From Octopus sinensis (Eukaryota), in assembly GCF_006345805.1 (NCBI RefSeq), contig NC_043011.1:35910464-35974463 (forward strand): DNA of 64,000 nt, given 5' to 3'. A model generated the notes under the pieces. That model was given only the letters and a program-made list of their open reading frames with translations. It ran no database searches and was not told the origin of the DNA. Below are positions 14,550 to 27,260 of the stretch, in pieces; the first letter of the stretch is position 1; each line of letters opens with the position of its first letter. Made by a program: the position numbers and the translations under genes.

Positions 14550-16011
14550 AACTTAGAATAACTTAGAAAGGTTTTTGGCCAGTATTGGCCCAGGCCATGT
14601 CTAACTTAATAGCACCACCTGGCGAAGTCTTTCAGTTCAGGATTTGGGCACCAAGGCCCATTCGAGCAGAGAGTTATTGTTTGCGGAGACATATCCGGGT
14701 GTGGGTGGTTTGTCCGGTACTGTTTGAAGGAATTTGTCCAAAGACTTCTTGAATTTTGTGTGGTCAGTTTCTTTTTTGACGTGTCCTGGTGTAATGTTGA
14801 AGAGAGCGGGTCCAATTGAGGTGAAATAGTTGTGCCGTATTGTCGTTATGTGATGCGATTTAGATTTTTGTTGTAGACGGATGGCACGTGGTCCAAGCCT
14901 TGGATGCATTTTGAAGGTGATGCCAACATCATTCGGACAGTGCTGATGGAATATTTTCCACATCATACAGATAATGTAGCGTTCACGGCGTCGTTGGAGT
15001 GAATATGATTTCAGCTTCTCTAGTCTACCCCAGTAGTCAAGGTCTGACATGCCATCTATCTTTTTTGTGATTGACTTTTGGGGAGCTTCAATTCTCATAA
15101 TATCTTGTTTTGTGTAGGGAGACCACAGTGGACAGCAGTATTCAAGGTGGGGTCGGGCAAAAGTGGAGAAGAGAAGGATAATAGCGTGGGAATCTCTCGA
15201 CTGGAAGGTTCTGAGAATCCAGGAACACATTCTGCAGGCCATGTCAACTTTGCTGCTTATATGTGTAGCCCAGCTTATGTTGTTGTCCACTGTTACTCCC
15301 AGGTCTCTGATGTTGTTGGATGCCATGAGAATTTCTCCAGAAGGAAGAGAGTATGGGAGTTTCAGAGCGTCCTCCCTTCCAAAGTGGATCAGTTCGAATT
15401 TGTCTTCATTTAGCAACATGTTATTCTTTTCCGCCCATTGGACAACAGCCAGTAGGTCTGACTGAAGGTTTATTCGGTCATCCACGCCATTGATGACCTT
15501 CTGGAGCTTGGAATCATCAGCGAAGGTTCTGATGTTACTGTGTTTGATGGTGTCAGTAATATCATTTATGTAGATGATGAAGAGAAGTGGGCCCAACACA
15601 GTGCCTTGTGGGACACCACTGCTGACTTTGGCTGGGCTGGATTTGACTCCTTCGACTACAACATGTTGGGTTCTGTTAGACAGGAAGCACTTGATCCATT
15701 GCAGCAGCTTTCCAGTGACACCAATATTGGACAGCTTCTCAGAAGGATCTTATGATCAACCCTGTCAAAGGCCTTGCTGAAATCAAGGTAGATGACATCA
15801 GTGTTGGAACCTTCTCCCAAGGCTCTCAAAATGCCATCAAAATGATGCAGTAGCTGCGTCAGGCAATCTCTCCCATTACGGAATCCATGCTGGTTGGGGT
15901 TCAGCATATTATGACTCTCGAGGAAGTGAGTCATACGCGATCTCAGCACCCTCTCAAATACCTTGATGATATGAGAGGTAAGTGAGATTGGACGGTAATT
16001 CACGGTAATTC
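14550..16011 (-). mobile_element. 5'-truncated CR1-group LINE (RT domain and C-terminus)
   Basis: ORFs 15656-16003 and 14637-15599 join across one frameshift: NYRPISLTS..QHGFRNGR..IYLDFSKAFDRVDH..SGVPQGTVLGPLLFIIYIND..FADD..LEYCCPLWSP; 3' tail (TTCTAAGTTA)x2. Confidence 0.95.
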
Positions 16012-16020
16012 ATATATATA

Positions 16021-16059
<39 letters not shown>

Positions 16060-16357
16060 AAGTAGAAAGATATTTTTTTATAACGCGTAAGTACTGATAG
16101 AACAGCATATATAGGATAAAATCCTTACAGAGCAGAAAAATCTGTCTGCAGCCAGCCATATCTTTAATTTCCGGTCAAAGTGCTCTACAATTAAGCTAAA
16201 TTGCTTTACTGACAAATTCTTCTGCAATTTTAGGACTAATAAACTCAATTAGAAATGTTTGATGCAATAGAAAATACGTCATATTTAAACAAACATAAGT
16301 TTGTTTTTTTGAAGCGCCGAAATGCCGTTGTACCAGTACAATATACATATTGTACCA

Positions 16358-16409
<52 letters not shown>

Positions 16410-18430
16410 TATATATATATGTATATATATATATATGTATGTATGTATGTATGTATACATCGTGAGAGAATCGTATATGATCGTGGTTGATAAAATAAAA
16501 TACCAGTTTACTACTATTTTCGACGGCCGCGACTGACCCCCCCCATCAATATTGCTGGCGTTGTTCCAAAATCAGAACCATTATTATATCTTGAGTAAGA
16601 ATACAACAAAGTCTCCACTTCAAACAAAATGTAAAATAAATAGGTAAAAAAACAACACTCTGTCCATTCGACAGACACTCTCTTATTCTCGCTATCGGAA
16701 TAACAGTGAACCAGTGGCCGACTCGCTGGAAACTTAAATTCCAACTACGGTCTTATTCAGAAATTACATTGTATACATAAATAAGTTGAGGAGCAAATGA
16801 CTAGTGTTTCACAAAAAGAACACTTACTTTGAATTATTTTCAGTTTTGCAAATTGAAATGTTTAAGAATTTTTTCTTCTGTATTTTGTTTCCTTTTTTTT
16901 ATGACTCTGTTGCGAATATACTTGCGTTAACTAGCGACATTTTAATGACATGTTTACGAATTAAAATTCTGTGGAGTTTTCGTTTAAAAAAAAAAGAAAA
17001 TGTAATAAACAAAGAAATAAAATTAAAAAATAAAGAAATGCTATCTAATTTTCGAGCAAGGATATAATCAGCCATAAATTTCGTTCTAAAATAGATGTGC
17101 ATGTTAAAGTATAATCATTGAGTTGTGTCAGATAGTTTAGTTTAATTCAGTTCAGGTTTCTCGTAACTGAATACACAGTAGAACGACAAAGAATTGCGCA
17201 AATTGATGGGGGTAAAGCTACAGCAGTAACAGAAATTAATAAATATCATTTAATAAATGCAATTACTAACTATTGACTGATAAACACAGAGAGCAGACAG
17301 AAAATAGTATCGTAATTATGTATAATTATATGGAAGACGGGAAACCTATTTTGTACACATACACTCTGTTTTAGTTGTAGGATGAGGTGTTAGCAATTGT
17401 ACTGCTATGGAAAAACTAAGTATTTTTGCGCTTTAGCATATGGTTCAAATGCGTTTGTAACGTAGCGTAAATAGTAGCAAGATAAACAGTTAGTGATTTA
17501 CCAGTGACGAAGTGTTAGATGATAAACTTTGTAGCTATGCGTATTAAAAATGCCGAAACGCATGATTCACGAATGTAATTATAAACTTCTTACTCGCTTA
17601 ATCAAAAGTAAATTATATCCGAGAGACAGAATTAATTACAGGCGCTGATGGGTCTTTTGGTTAAACTAAATGCAAGTGGCGGTGTATTCCACAGGTTCCG
17701 GTTCCCTTATCATGAATCCTCAGAGAGAATGAGCATCATAAGGTACGCGATAAGAATCGGACCTTTGAATCAAAAATATAGCCCATCAGACTGGCTTCGC
17801 CACAGTTTCTGTCAGCTCAATTTCGCTCTAAATGGCTTGAGTCGGTTATGGTAAAGATAACCGCTCATGGTGCTATGCAGTGGAATCAAATCCGGAACAT
17901 CACTATTGCGATGCGACCAACTTAACCCCTTAACCACAACTGTATCTTCAGCCAGCCTGCACGACTCTTTTGATAGTAACTCACCTGAGACCGCTCCTTG
18001 TTCTATGATACAAACATCTTGTTTTACGGTGCTCTTATTTAAAACCTTCAGTCAATGTGAATATGTTCCAAATACCCGCTTAATAAGGATAGTTTCTATA
18101 TTTTTCGTAAAAGCTACGTTATTTTCAAAATTAATTGAAACAAAATGTATTTCAACAGAAATATAGAAACAAGAGTATTAAATGTGAGGGAAAAATAGTG
18201 GAATACAACAGTTATATTTACAACTGGCCACAAGATGCAACGAAAGAGTTTGTACATTGTAGTTTAACATGTCAAGATTAACAAATATCGCTTTCATATC
18301 ACAAGCTGCCATTTTGGAAAAGGACAGGTCTGAATAAAAAATATATTTTGGTCATGACTGTGACACCTTTGACCAAATGTCTGTTTGATCAAGGCTGACC
18401 TGAGGCTAAACGACAATAACAACAGCAGCT

Positions 18431-18620
18431 GTGGAGGCACAATGGCCCATGGGTTAGGGCAGCGGACTCGCGGTCGTAAGAACGTGGTTTCGATTCCCAG
18501 ACCGGCATTGTGAGTGTTTATTGAGCAAAAACGTCTAAGCCCCACGAGGCTCCGGCGGGGGGGGGGGTGAACCCCGCTGTACTCTTTCACCACAACTTTC
18601 TCTCATTTATTCTTCCTACT
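18431..18620 (+). mobile_element. SINE family D, 5' half
   Basis: GGAGGCACAATGGCCCATGGGTTAGGGCAGCGGACTCGCGGTCG. Confidence 0.8.
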
Positions 18621-18907
18621 TCTGCCACAAAGCAAAGGAACCATGGCGTAACCCACTATGGTGTGGTAAACTTTCAGACCCTAGTCTAGATTGCGTATCC
18701 TCTGTACCCCAGGATGGTTCAGCTCTCCACCCGTTAAAAGCCACCGTTTACGGAATGGGGATTACAACGTAGCTTTCACGCCCGTGCAACCGTCAGTCTA
18801 TCGCGTGTGGTGGGTGGACCTTGAAGTTGCTACACGCATTGTTAGTAGCTTAGAGTTGGCTCGAACTAGAGATTATTCTTTGTGGCTAATGGCGTGAGTC
18901 CTGATTG

Positions 18908-18966
18908 GAAGAAGAAGAAGAAGAAGAAGAAGAAGAAGAAGAAAAAGAAGAAGAAGAAAAAAGAAG
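18908..18966. repeat. (GAA)n microsatellite
   Basis: Direct reading. Confidence 0.95.
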
Positions 18967-19668
18967 ACAACTGCAGCAGCTAAAAAGCCCGCTGATGGAA
19001 TTCGTTCCAAAAGTAGTGAAATATTGCTTCGTGTCACCGAAAAAAGAAGGGGGCGGACAACTCACTGATAAATATTGATATCACAACAGATTAAGAAAAA
19101 TTTTAATGGGTTTTCTGTTGGTTTAAAGATTCAAAGATTACAAAAACGGTGTGATAATCAATCATAATTCTAATTTGTTCGAGAACAATGCCAAAAGTTA
19201 CTAATAAATTATCATCTGATATAAGTCTCCAGAACACATGTACACAAACAGCTTTGGTTGCGATAAACTTCTGAATGCCAATGGTTTGGTTGATTATATA
19301 TCTTAGAATTCTTTAAGGCAAACAATAAATGAAGAAAATATGATTGCGATAACAAGTGAAAATGTCTAATGAGTAATTGGGCATGATCTGTGTGTGTTTC
19401 TTAGTTTCTTACTGCCTGTACGCTTCTATTTGTCTATCTTTATACAGTATGCGACAGAAAAACTGCTAATGTTTTACGCGTTCATCGGTGTGGCGCTTGT
19501 AAAGTTCAGCTATTACAAATGGTGTCTTTACGTGACTAATGTGTTGTTTTTTGTCTTGTTATATTAGATACCATTGTTGTTTGAACAGATCCACACAATA
19601 GGTTTGCTATTAAAACATTTACCAAGATTGGTGAATGTGAGGATTTTTGCCGTGCCATATATATCCGG

Positions 19669-19996
19669 GACCCCCTTCGGTCACGACACTGACCATGGGA
19701 TTGCACCTAGAAAGTTACCCTTCTAGTCACAAGTCTGGGCATGGTTGTTTATGGAAGACCAGCAGTCGCCCATGCATACCGGCCTCCCCTCTCCAAGCCA
19801 CCACTGTTATCCAAGGGAAAGGCAAAGGCCGATACAGCTTGGCACTCGTGACGTCGCAACTAATTTCTACAGCTGAGTGAACTGGAGCAACGTGAAATAA
19901 AGTGTCTTGCTCAAGAACACAACACGCAGCCCGGTCCGGGATTCGAGCTGACAACCTCACGATCGTAAGCTCGACGCTCTAACCACTGAGCCATGC
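19669..19996 (-). mobile_element. SINE family C
   Basis: Near-collinear with 10221-10539 and 31437-31760. Confidence 0.88.
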
Positions 19997-20364
19997 ATGT
20001 TATATATATGCATATTATTAACCCTAGGTCAGCGTTAAGAAATGGTTTTACGATTTAATATTCTAACACCTTAAGTTTTCAGACATGACTTTTTTCTCAG
20101 GCTGCATGGTTTAATTTTTCATTACTACTCGTTTTAAAGATGTCCTAAGAAGACCATTAGAAATTAGATAATTGAAGTCTTCTTTGGATGCTGAGGAACA
20201 CTAAGAAATATTTTGAAAAGATACTAACATCTTGTGAATGTTATTGCAGCACGAAGTATTTTGCACCGAATGAACCCATAAATTGGTTGAGTTTATAAAT
20301 GATAAGTTGAAACAATTTCGTCACAAGTGTTACATACAGTCACTAATTTTACTGTTTGGTTTAA

Positions 20365-20750
20365 GGCAGTGAGCTGGCAGAATTGTTAGCACGCCGGGCG
20401 AAATACGTAGCCGTATTTCGTCTACAGTTACGTTCTGAGTTCAAATTCCGCCGAGGTCGACTTTGCCTTTCATCCTTTCGGGGTCGATAAATTAAGTACC
20501 AGTTACGCACTGGGGTTGATATTATCGATTTCATCCGTCTGTTTGTCCTTGTTTGTCTCCTCTGTGTTTAGCCCCTTGTTGGTAGTAAAGAAATAAGTAT
20601 GTTCTGAGCTCAAAGTCCGCTAAGGTCGACTTTACTTTTCATCCTTTCAGAGTCAATAAAAGAGGTACCGGTTGAGCACTGAGATTGATGTAATTGAATT
20701 ACCAAATGCACCCCTGTGAAATTGCTGGCCTTGTGCCAAAATTTCCACTC
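20365..20750 (+). mobile_element. SINE family A dimer (full unit plus body repeat)
   Basis: Second GTCGACTTT..TTTCATCCTTTC unit follows the TAAAGAAATAAG junction. Confidence 0.8.
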
Positions 20751-20816
20751 GATATTACTCTAGAAGAACAAAAATGGGTTTCAGAAAACCGTTTTCCTTC
20801 GTGAAGAATTATAACT

Positions 20817-21210
20817 AGGTTTGGCCGCGCAGTTAACGATGTGTGCTTTCCAACCAATTGATTTTAGATTCGGTTCCACTTCGCGACACCTTGGACAAAT
20901 GTTTTCTATTATATCCCCGAACCGAGCAATGTTTTGTAAGTTAATTTAGCTGACTGGAACTCTGTCGAAGCCCATCGTATATTTTTGTCTATCGGTGTCT
21001 ACGTGTCTTTGTGTTTGCCCTCCCACAACGAAACGACCAGTATCAGTTTGTTTACGTCCCTTTAACTTTGGTCAAGGATACCGGTAAAATAAGTACCAGT
21101 CTAAAACACACAACAAATGAAAAATAAGTATTGAGGTCGATTTCTTTTACTAAAATCTTGAAGGTGGTGCTTCAGCATGGCCGCAAAACAATGACTCAAA
21201 AGAATTAAAC
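20817..21210 (+). mobile_element. SINE family B, decayed
   Basis: CACCTTGGACAAATGT core and tail TCAGCATGGCCGCAAAACAATGACT. Confidence 0.7.
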
Positions 21211-21212
21211 AT

Positions 21213-21279
<67 letters not shown>

Positions 21280-22262
21280 AACAATAGTCTCCTCGTTGAG
21301 GAGAAAGATTTTACTTTTTGGCTTTTGAAGTTTGAGATAATGCGATCAAAAGAAGGGTTTTTGAATCAGATTATGAGCAATTATTTAATTATTTGATACA
21401 TACAAAACAATCTTCTCGTTTTAGAAGTTTAAGTAATGTCTCTTTTTTTCATTGTAACCCGTTTTATCTTTAAAAAAAAAATGTCAGAAGAGATTGTGAA
21501 CCATGATATGGTCCACTTAATTACACGCCGCATTTATTCAGCACGTTTAAACAGCTTATCTCTGAACAAATTTATAAGACTAAGGTAGGTGCATTCAATT
21601 TTTGCACAGTGTTCGCCTTTACACGCCTTTATCGGTGTGTAGTAATTTCGTAACAGCTAAACAGTAAAAGTAAATATATAAATAAATATAAATGATAAAT
21701 ATAAATTTGTGCTAGACTTCAAAAAAAAAAATTATTTCAATGAGGAAAAAATAATAAATTAATTCACAATAAATAATAAAATTTATGGCTTTGCTTAAAT
21801 AATTGACTTCACAACATTCGACCAATGACGACCCCAATATCCACATTTAAACTAGATTAACACTTAATTAGAATAATTAGTGAAGTTGATAGCTGAAGAA
21901 CTTGTGAACATTTTAATATAAGTTTTCGTATTAGACACTCGAATAATGGTGAAGCAAATCAACTTGAACTAATAAAGCAACCGATTTTTTGCTTCCTTTA
22001 TTATCTTTATTGACTTTCACTAACTTTCTTTTGTCCTCATGAAAAGTGTTATCTTATGGCTGCTGTGTCTACCTCATCTCTCTTCATCCTCCCTTTTTCT
22101 GATCACACACACACACACGCGCACGCACACTCTCTCGCTCTTTCTTTTTTTAATTCATTCAATCAGATGTTTAAGCTGTGCCGAAATCAAGCCATCAACA
22201 AAACCAGTTTTCCGATACGAATTATACTTATCTGCATGATTGAATCTTTTGAATCAAGCCGA

Positions 22263-22282
22263 TAGTAATAATAATAATAATA

Positions 22283-22344
<62 letters not shown>

Positions 22345-22378
22345 TAATAATAATAATAATATAATAATAATAATAATA

Positions 22379-22437
<59 letters not shown>

Positions 22438-22473
22438 TAATAATAATAATAATAAAAATAATAATAATAATAA
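22263..22473. repeat. (TAA)n microsatellite
   Basis: Direct reading. Confidence 0.97.
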
Positions 22474-22916
22474 TAAATGCCCCGATGCAGTACCAGGCAG
22501 TGGCTCCCGTGGCTTCTGATCTTAACTCATTGGAAGTGTTGTCATGTACATTGTTTTGTCTTGGTATAAAAGATGGGCTACAGCAAATATTCTGTTCGAT
22601 AGGTGAATTATCCAAACCTCCAAGAATTTCCCTTCAACACATGGCTATGATGCTCCGCAACTACTTCTGCTCGTGATCAGAGACACACATATCGTCAGCC
22701 ACTACGGGACATGCTCAACTGGTTAAGATCAAACAACTGACAAGCAAATCTGTGGTATTGAGCAGAATATTTGCCCATCCTTTATACCAAGACAAAACAA
22801 TGTACATGATAACACTTCCAATCAGTTAAGATCAGAAGCCACGAGAGCCACTGCCTTGTAATGCATCAGGGCATTTATGGTACAGCATCAGGGCATTTAT
22901 GGTACTGCATCAGGGC

Positions 22917-22921
<5 letters not shown>
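22474..22921. repeat. Foldback element with about 120-bp inverted arms, inserted in (TAA)n
   Basis: Arm 22474-22594 is revcomp of 22763-22878; the terminal 22-mer GCATCAGGGCATTTATGGTAC(A/T) starts at 22863, 22885 and 22907. Confidence 0.85.
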
Positions 22922-22955
<34 letters not shown>

Positions 22956-22970
22956 CATCATTATTATTAT

Positions 22971-23182
22971 TCAGTAGTTTTATTTTTATAGCGTGCTTTC
23001 ACTTCACTACCGAGCGCAGCTCTGTGTGCCTTGGGTATGTGCTGTGATTTGTTGTGATGCTCTGATGGTTATTGTATGGAAAGTGTTCTGCGTAGGATGT
23101 GTGCAGTGCTTAGTAGTGCAATTTTCTGTATGTTATATGTGTTTGTAAGTCCTGGTGTTTTTGTTATGTATTTGTCTGAATA

Positions 23183-23187
<5 letters not shown>
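22971..23187 (-). mobile_element. 3' end of an R4/Dong-clade non-LTR retrotransposon
   Basis: Minus frame KYSDKYITKTPGLTNTYNIQKIALLSTAHILRRTLSIQ* matches the R4/Dong C-terminal QK..LL.TA.ILR motif; about 100-nt 3'UTR, then an (AAT)n tail. Dong elements are known to target TAA repeats. Confidence 0.75.
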
Positions 23188-23272
<85 letters not shown>

Positions 23273-23278
<6 letters not shown>

Positions 23279-23419
23279 CGCCACTGCCTGTATTCGAACT
23301 CGGAATCTTGGTGTTAGTAGTCCGCGCTCTTAACCACTATGGGCATATGGCGTAGTGGTTAAGAGCGCGGACTACTCACCCCAAGATTCCGAGTTCGATT
23401 GTAGGCAGTGACGTGAATA
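23273..23419. promoter_or_regulatory. Head-to-head palindromic pair of tRNA-like (Pol III A/B box) heads
   Basis: 67-nt arms 23273-23339 and 23353-23419 with about 6 mismatches; A box TGGCGTAGTGG and B box GAGTTCGATT on +; the minus copy lacks its first ~12 nt. Confidence 0.8.
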
Positions 23420-23484
23420 ATAATAATAACAACAACATCGAAAAATACCTGAGGAATGAGAACCCAGGTTCGAAATTTCCCCAA

Positions 23485-23530
23485 GACACCTGATGAAGGC
23501 TGGAGGGTATATCAGCCGAAACGTTGTGTT
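23485..23530 (+). ncRNA. Minimal type-I hammerhead motif
   Basis: GACAC-CTGATGA-A-GGCTG(GAGGGTATAT)CAGCC-GAAACGTT-GTGTT: intact core, 5-bp helices I and II, ACGU helix III, GUU triplet. Confidence 0.65.
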
Positions 23531-23591
23531 AACCACAAACAAGATGAAGACAAATATCCGTCAAATGTAAATAATGTAAATAATGTATTCT

Positions 23592-23764
23592 TTTCTAATC
23601 TAGGCACAAGGGCCGTAATTTGAGGGAAGGGGACCCGACGATTAGATCGACCCTAGTACGCAACTGGTACTTAATTTATCGACCCCAAAAGGATGAAAGG
23701 CAAAGTCGACCTCGGCGGAATTTGAACTTTAGAACGTAAAAGCGGGCGAAATACCGCTAAGCAT
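23592..23764 (-). mobile_element. SINE family A, 5'-truncated
   Basis: GTACTTAATTTATCGACCCC..GGATGAAAGGCAAAGTCGACCTCGGCGGAATTTGAAC. Confidence 0.85.
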
Positions 23765-25129
23765 ATAATTAAGAACTTACGTGATTGTGACCAAGACTAT
23801 TCTTATTACCATATGCCAGACTTCGTTTAAACATAGCATATACAAAACTACATTTTAGCACATTGTGACTGCACAGCAGCTTTCCTTTGGAGTCGAATAA
23901 GCGCTTATAGTATATTGAAATCAATTTTTATGGTGGTCAGTCAGTGTTAGATATAAAATTGGTTGTGTCTCACATATACGCTCACACACTGAGAAATGGG
24001 CATACAACCCATACAGGAAGAGATAGTAATGTTGTGTAAAAAGATTAAAAAGAGTAGACTCAATGCTTTTGTATTATCTAATTTAAGCTTCAAAGATTAA
24101 GGTTCAAATCCAAATGAAACTGATAAAAAAAGTAATTTTGTATTTTTTCGTTACAAAAATAAACGTTTTAATTCAAAAGCTCTGTCTTTCTGTATTGTCT
24201 CGTGACATTCTGATCTCACAACATACGGACTCAACTCTCTGATCCAGGTTCGGCATTTTATCTAATGACACACAACACCAGAATGAGTAATTGAACTGAA
24301 TAAAGTAACGAGAATATATTGCTTGTACAAATAACCGTTGGCAGACGAAATTTGAGCCAGAAAAACAAAAGAAACAGGTATTTGATGGTTTCTAATAAAC
24401 GAAGAAAAATGAGATTTATATTTGGAATATGCGTTTAATCCTCCCCTCATAAAACACCGATGCCAGACAGGAACCTTTGTTAACGACTTAATCGATTCTG
24501 GTTTATACATTCAGTAACACCAACCTGTTCTTCCTATCTTACACACGATCCTACCACTGACATCTCTATATTTCAACATTAAAAGCAAACTCGGGATAGT
24601 GGTAGTGATTTATAATTTAACAGAACAGAAAATCCCAATTACTTCTATAAGAAGCTATCTATAAATATCAATAAATCGGTGATAGTGGGAAATAAAAACA
24701 AGAAAAAAAAACGTTGTGGAAATAAACGGGGTTTAGAGTTTTAAAAAATACATATATACATAACTTGGTAAGCAGTTTAAGATGTTGCGATGAATAAAAT
24801 CTCAAATTAAGCAGAATCGTCTTACGTAGGGTAGTAGAAGTGATTGAAATTAAACCACTTCGGCAAAATCCATGCCCTTTAACTAATCTGAAATTAAACT
24901 AGGTATCAATCTTATTGCTGCCATTTTTCCTATATCAAGTTTATTTTCAAATCATTGATAATGCTTGACAGAGTTTACACAATGCTGTCTGCTTTATTGC
25001 AAACTGTGCTGTTTCTAAACAATCTCCAAGAAATATTTCTGTTCCAGTTCACAAACGCACAAACACACACACACAGGCACACAAACACACACAAACACAC
25101 ACACACACACAGAGGCTCACACACACAAG

Positions 25130-25367
25130 TGGATATTCCTATAGAGTTTTAAGCACATGCCAGCTAAGACATACTCATGTTTGGAGACACACCACACAAA
25201 TAAATATTCACAAACGCACAAACACACACACACAGGCGCGCGCGCACACACACACACACATACACACAGACACACACACAGGTGGATATTCCTATAGAGT
25301 TTTAAGCACATGCCAGCTAAGACATACTCAATGTTTGGAGACACACCACACAAATAAATATTCACAC
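25130..25367. repeat. Tandem duplication, ~84-bp unique core, ~153-bp period
   Basis: GTGGATATTCCTATAGAGTTTTAAGCACATGCCAGCTAAGACATACTC...AATAAATATTCACA twice, one indel. Confidence 0.9.
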
Positions 25368-25868
25368 AAAACAAACATAAACTGGAACGAACGAAAGAAC
25401 GAATATATTTATAGAGTGTTCTAACTGAATAAAGTTAAGAGATGGTAAAACTAGTCGGCAGTGCCATGGAAGAGAAGAAATCCAATTTTGCTTGTGAGAA
25501 AATTGGACAGCACAAACTTGGAAAAACAAATTAATTTGTATAAAAGTGTATATAAGCTGCTGGGTGTGTGTAAGCATGCGTGTTTGCACAGCGTGTGAAC
25601 ACGTATGTGTGCGCTGCGTGCTTAGGTCTATGTGTGAGTGTGTGTATCTGTCGGTGGAATGTAACTCTATATTCGGATTTTTACGCTCAAATATACTGAC
25701 AGTCGATGTTCTCCCAAGAGCATACGAAAGCGTACACATGCGCACAAGCAAACGCGCGCACGTGTCGGCGCGTGAGTTACTCGAGATGGTCCCAAAGGCA
25801 AGCTGTACAATTTCTCTCATTTCCTTATCAGACATTTATCAATTTGTGATGTCATTGCTTGTATTTAT

Positions 25869-25933
<65 letters not shown>

Positions 25934-26053
25934 TTTATGTGTATATATATATATAAATGTATGTATATATAAATTGATAGATTGATAGATAGATAGCTAG
26001 ATAGATATACATATACATAAATGCATATATATGCATTATATACATGGGTGCAT

Positions 26054-27253
26054 CAGGGTGAGGAAGCAAAACTTGGAATATTTTGGAAGCCTTATTTTTC
26101 ATATATTTCCAATCATACGATCTAACATGTCCACTTAAGAAGCTGAGGGGCAAAGCATTGCAAATTTGCTTCGTGCTGGGGTTGCAATTAGATGCATTGC
26201 TCAGACTGTTGGGGGCCTTTGTGAGCACTGTCCACGACGTTAAGAACCAAATTCTGGATATTGGAGGCATCATGAGAAAGCAAGAATGTGGAGACAAAAA
26301 TAACAAAAAAAAAAACGGATAATGCATTTCTTAAATCTCAAAGCCAAACTTTCGAAAGACCCAACAATATCCATGAGAAAACTGTCTATGGACATGAAAG
26401 TTCATCTGAAGACCATCAGAAATGTTGTACACACTAATTTACATTTGGGGGTCATATTGACTCATGCAATGAAAGCCAAATGGCCTGAAAGGGACAAGAA
26501 AGTGTTGCGATACCTGAAGTACAATGGACAAACCGTCAGAATTTTTTCAGATGAAAATATCGTTACCGTCGATGCTGTTTTAAAACGTCGCAATGATCAA
26601 TACATTGCTAAGTCACCTTCTGAAGTAAAGGGTGTCTTTAAGACCAAGCCTCCAGCTCAGGTTATGATACTGGAAGTCGTGGCGTCTGACGGAAAAAAAG
26701 ATGCCTCTCCATTTTTCAAGACAGGGGAAAAGGTGGTGGAGGCTGACGTTTATTATAAAGTCCTGCGGTATAAGGTTTTGCCTTGGCTGAATTCTAACTG
26801 CTCCAACGGTAAGTATGTGTGGACCTGAGATAGTTCTCCTGCTCATACGGCGAAGAAAGTGCAGGAATTCTGCGAAGACAACTTTGCCGACTTTTGGTCT
26901 GCCAACTTCTAGCTTTCTTCCAGCCTAGACTTGAACTCCCTGGACAATGCTGTAAGGGGAAAATTGGAGCACTCTACCAACAGAACTTGGCATCCAAGTC
27001 TTGATCATTTTAAGCTAATCCTGAGGGGAGAGTGGGACAACGTGTCTGAGCACTTCATCATGAAGAGTTATGACGCCTTCAGGCGGCGTGTGAAGGCTGT
27101 GGTGAACACTGAAGGCAGACATCTTCAATAAATTGTCTCTTTATACCCCTATAAACTTGGTTAAAATTATATTTATGTCAGGCTGCTGGTTGTTGTAATA
27201 TAAAAAAAATTTGGTGAATTACCTATTATTTTCCAGGTTTTGCTTCCACACTG
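26054..27253 (+). mobile_element. Full-length decayed DD37D (maT) transposon
   Basis: TIRs CAGGGTGAGGAAGCAAAACTTGGAA / revcomp CAGTGTGGAAGCAAAACCTGGAA; transposase with FSDE...(Q)DSSPAH...DLNSLD, counted spacing 37; several stops and frameshifts. Confidence 0.9.
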
Positions 27254-27260
27254 TGTACAT

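Noticed and set aside
15078-15780. Plus-strand ORFs of 68-111 aa
   Set aside because: Antisense shadows of the CR1-group RT
22863-22921. Three regularly spaced 22-bp repeats, superficially CRISPR-like
   Set aside because: No unique spacers, eukaryotic context; a simple terminal reiteration
23341-23419. Possible genuine tRNA gene
   Set aside because: A and B boxes are present, but I cannot build an acceptor stem or a clear anticodon arm; treated as a SINE-type head
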